This document shows, piece by piece, positions 61,816-64,000 of a stretch of DNA of 64,000 nt. Under the pieces are notes generated by a model. It searched no databases. It was not told the DNA's origin and saw nothing but the letters and a program-made list of their open reading frames with translations. The stretch lies in the NCBI RefSeq assembly GCF_041956535.1, contig NW_027192218.1, forward strand, positions 263,728 through 327,727, read 5' to 3'. The first letter of the stretch is position 1. Every line of letters starts with the position of its first letter. The position numbers and the translations under genes are program-made. This DNA is from Calcarisporiella thermophila CBS 279.70 (Eukaryota; Fungi; Calcarisporiellomycota).

Positions 61816-62558
61816 TCATTCCTTCTTCCAAATCAAGTCCTCTAGGCTCACAAACTCAACCCCCTTCTTCACTAGTTCATGCTCCACTTCCTCAGCTTGG
61901 TCTGGTCTCACCGCCTTTGTGCCGTCCCGGACTACTACCGTTCGAAATCCAAACTTTCTAGCATCAATACACGTTGCACGCACACAATAGTCGAGAGCAA
62001 GACCCACGACGACCACGTTGGATATTTGATTGGAAAAGAGAAGCTTTGGAAGAGAGGTGAATTGGGTGTAAGCATTGTCAGCAAAGCCAGAGTAGGAATC
62101 GATGTGGGAATGGGTTCCCTTTTTGACGAAGTGAGAAATCCTTGAGACGTCTATGGCACTAGAAATCTCAGCGCCATGGGTCTCTTGCTAAAATGAAAAT
62201 TGCACAGCTACTCAATCAGTCATGAATAACTGCGGGATATTTAGAAAAAGGAATCTAAACGAACCACGCAATGTATTGGCCACAAAACCTGCTTTTCTTC
62301 TCTCCCCTCCATTGAAACGCTCACGACATCCAGCACTTGTTTACCATGGTGCGACTTTGCAAAACTTACGTGATCTAAGGGATGCCAATCTTGTGTTGCT
62401 ACTATCAGGCGGAATGGATGTTCTTTCTCATTGAGAAGGGTAGAGATAGGTTGGAGGATTTTAAGAGAATCTGGGACAGCAAGGGCGCCTCCCTCGAGGA
62501 AATCATGCTGAAGGTCAACAATAAGTAGGCAGGTGTATGCGGGATCAAGAGGATGCAT
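61816..62558 (-). CDS. PNC1: Nicotinamidase/pyrazinamidase, two exons
   Basis: IVDLQHDFLEGGAL, TQDWHP..H.SF, LWPIHCV and VGLALDYCVRAT. Confidence 0.93.
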
Positions 62559-64000
62559 TGTAGATCGAAGACTCTGGCAGTTATTAGCTATGGAATTATA
62601 GGATGAAGTGTAGCCTAGAATTTTGATTAATATATCTCTGATTCAACGCGAAATTACCAATTTTTGATAAACTGCTCTTATTATGTTAATTGGCTGAGTA
62701 AAATAAGGGGGTTAGAGCACTAGCCATAATGAAGTTAATGTTCTTCCACACGTCTCTTGGCGTTATCGTGCATAATGACAATGTTAAAAAAACAATAACG
62801 GCCTCTATACTTCAATATTCTTACCATCTTCAAAAGTAATCTTACTACATATGGATTCATTTAATATTGACACGCTTTTAAGTGGAATAAAATCACAAGA
62901 GTGCCGAGTTAAAAGACCAAACCATGGATCCCCAAGTAATCAAATCATACCGAACCTCCTTAGTCTCAAAATGTTTTTACCTTCCTTGTAGTCATTTCTT
63001 TATATGGGCCATGGCCTTCAAAGTGAACACGTAGGAAATTAGGTTATACCTAGTCCATCGTTTGCAGTACATATAGCTAAGTAGATCCACCCGTTTCTGA
63101 CATGGAAATGAGCCTCTAAAGCGGGTCTCTATATCTTATCATTGTTAGCTGTTATCGTTACCAACTTGCCTTGGATTTATATGGACCCTATTTCAAACTC
63201 CCTCTGATTTCCTCGATGCTAGAAATTAATAATACCGATATATCGAGACCCAAATAGCAGTCAATGGAATTTGTGTGTTTGCCAAGCTAGAGTGCTTCAA
63301 TCATAGTCACCTGCAACTTTATAACCAAAGAAACAATAATCCATCTCGATAAATGCTCTTCTGATTGAGCTTGCATCAATCCCAAGATGAGTACTCTAAC
63401 ATAATAGGCTTATATGATTTAAAAGTTGTGGTTAGGAGGATTTCCACTGCCAAAGTACCGCATGATGTGGTTGCAGAAAAGCATACTGGGCTGTAATTTG
63501 GCTGGAGCTTATCCGTATTGGAGTAGGTAAGCGTTATCAGACGAAATGGGACTGACTGAAACTTGGTGGCATTCTTTTGAAATTTTGCTCTAAATTTTTA
63601 TTGTGGGATATCGTAAATACTCTGGCACTTGCTGTTCCGTTAAGAAGGATTAATTTAGCACTGTCGCTTTATTTTTGCTCCTCCTTCTCCTGCACTACAG
63701 CTATTCTCTCAATTAGTGTCAGTTACTCTGGCTCAAAGGCCTTGAAGTCCATAAGATTATCCGATTACTGGAAATGAAAGGCAAAATAAGCATTGAGCAT
63801 TTCGGAGTAATCGCCATCATCACCGTTGGGTAAGTTGAAAATACACTCATAGCCAGTGCTTGAGAGATGCTTTTTTACATAATTGAATCTGGCGCTGTGC
63901 TATTCGTTTCTTTTTTTTTTTAAAATGTATGCAAATCTAACTGTGTGTCCGTTTGGAAACTCGCTTTTAATAGACTACCAGCTCGAGGCAAAACCCATAT

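Noticed and set aside
62700-64000. Possible gene or TE remnant at the window end
   Set aside because: Only short ORFs; no transposase, RT or terminal repeats recognised.

Overview
Gene-dense, intron-rich fungal nuclear DNA. It is most likely from a non-Dikarya (early-diverging) fungus, inferred from a DNAJC12 orthologue, short GT-AG introns and Asn-rich secreted repeat proteins. About 30 protein genes and one tRNA-Gln(CTG) can be reconstructed. Housekeeping/signalling genes: HAP5, RPC40, RDS2/AcuM, calcineurin A, KIN28, MET22, urease, an RGS protein, a MAPR cytochrome b5, a RING E3, DNAJC12, U2SURP, BCK1, SDS3, MTM1 and PNC1. These are interspersed with mostly intronless secreted-protein genes, several with TATA boxes. 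The most interesting items are: (i) a 36.6-42.1 kb island with two adjacent Kex2-processed, Asn-rich repeat precursors (candidate amyloid/surface-coat peptides) next to a GPI-like protein; (ii) a pair of small Cys-containing secreted proteins, one interrupted by a single in-frame TAG; (iii) an orphan disordered protein with CDK sites, an RxLF motif and MCB/SCB promoter boxes; (iv) a coiled-coil protein with a CC1-box-like dynein-adaptor motif; (v) sharp GC-rich islands. No transposons, CRISPR arrays or rRNA were seen. All family assignments come from motif recognition by eye; no database search was run.
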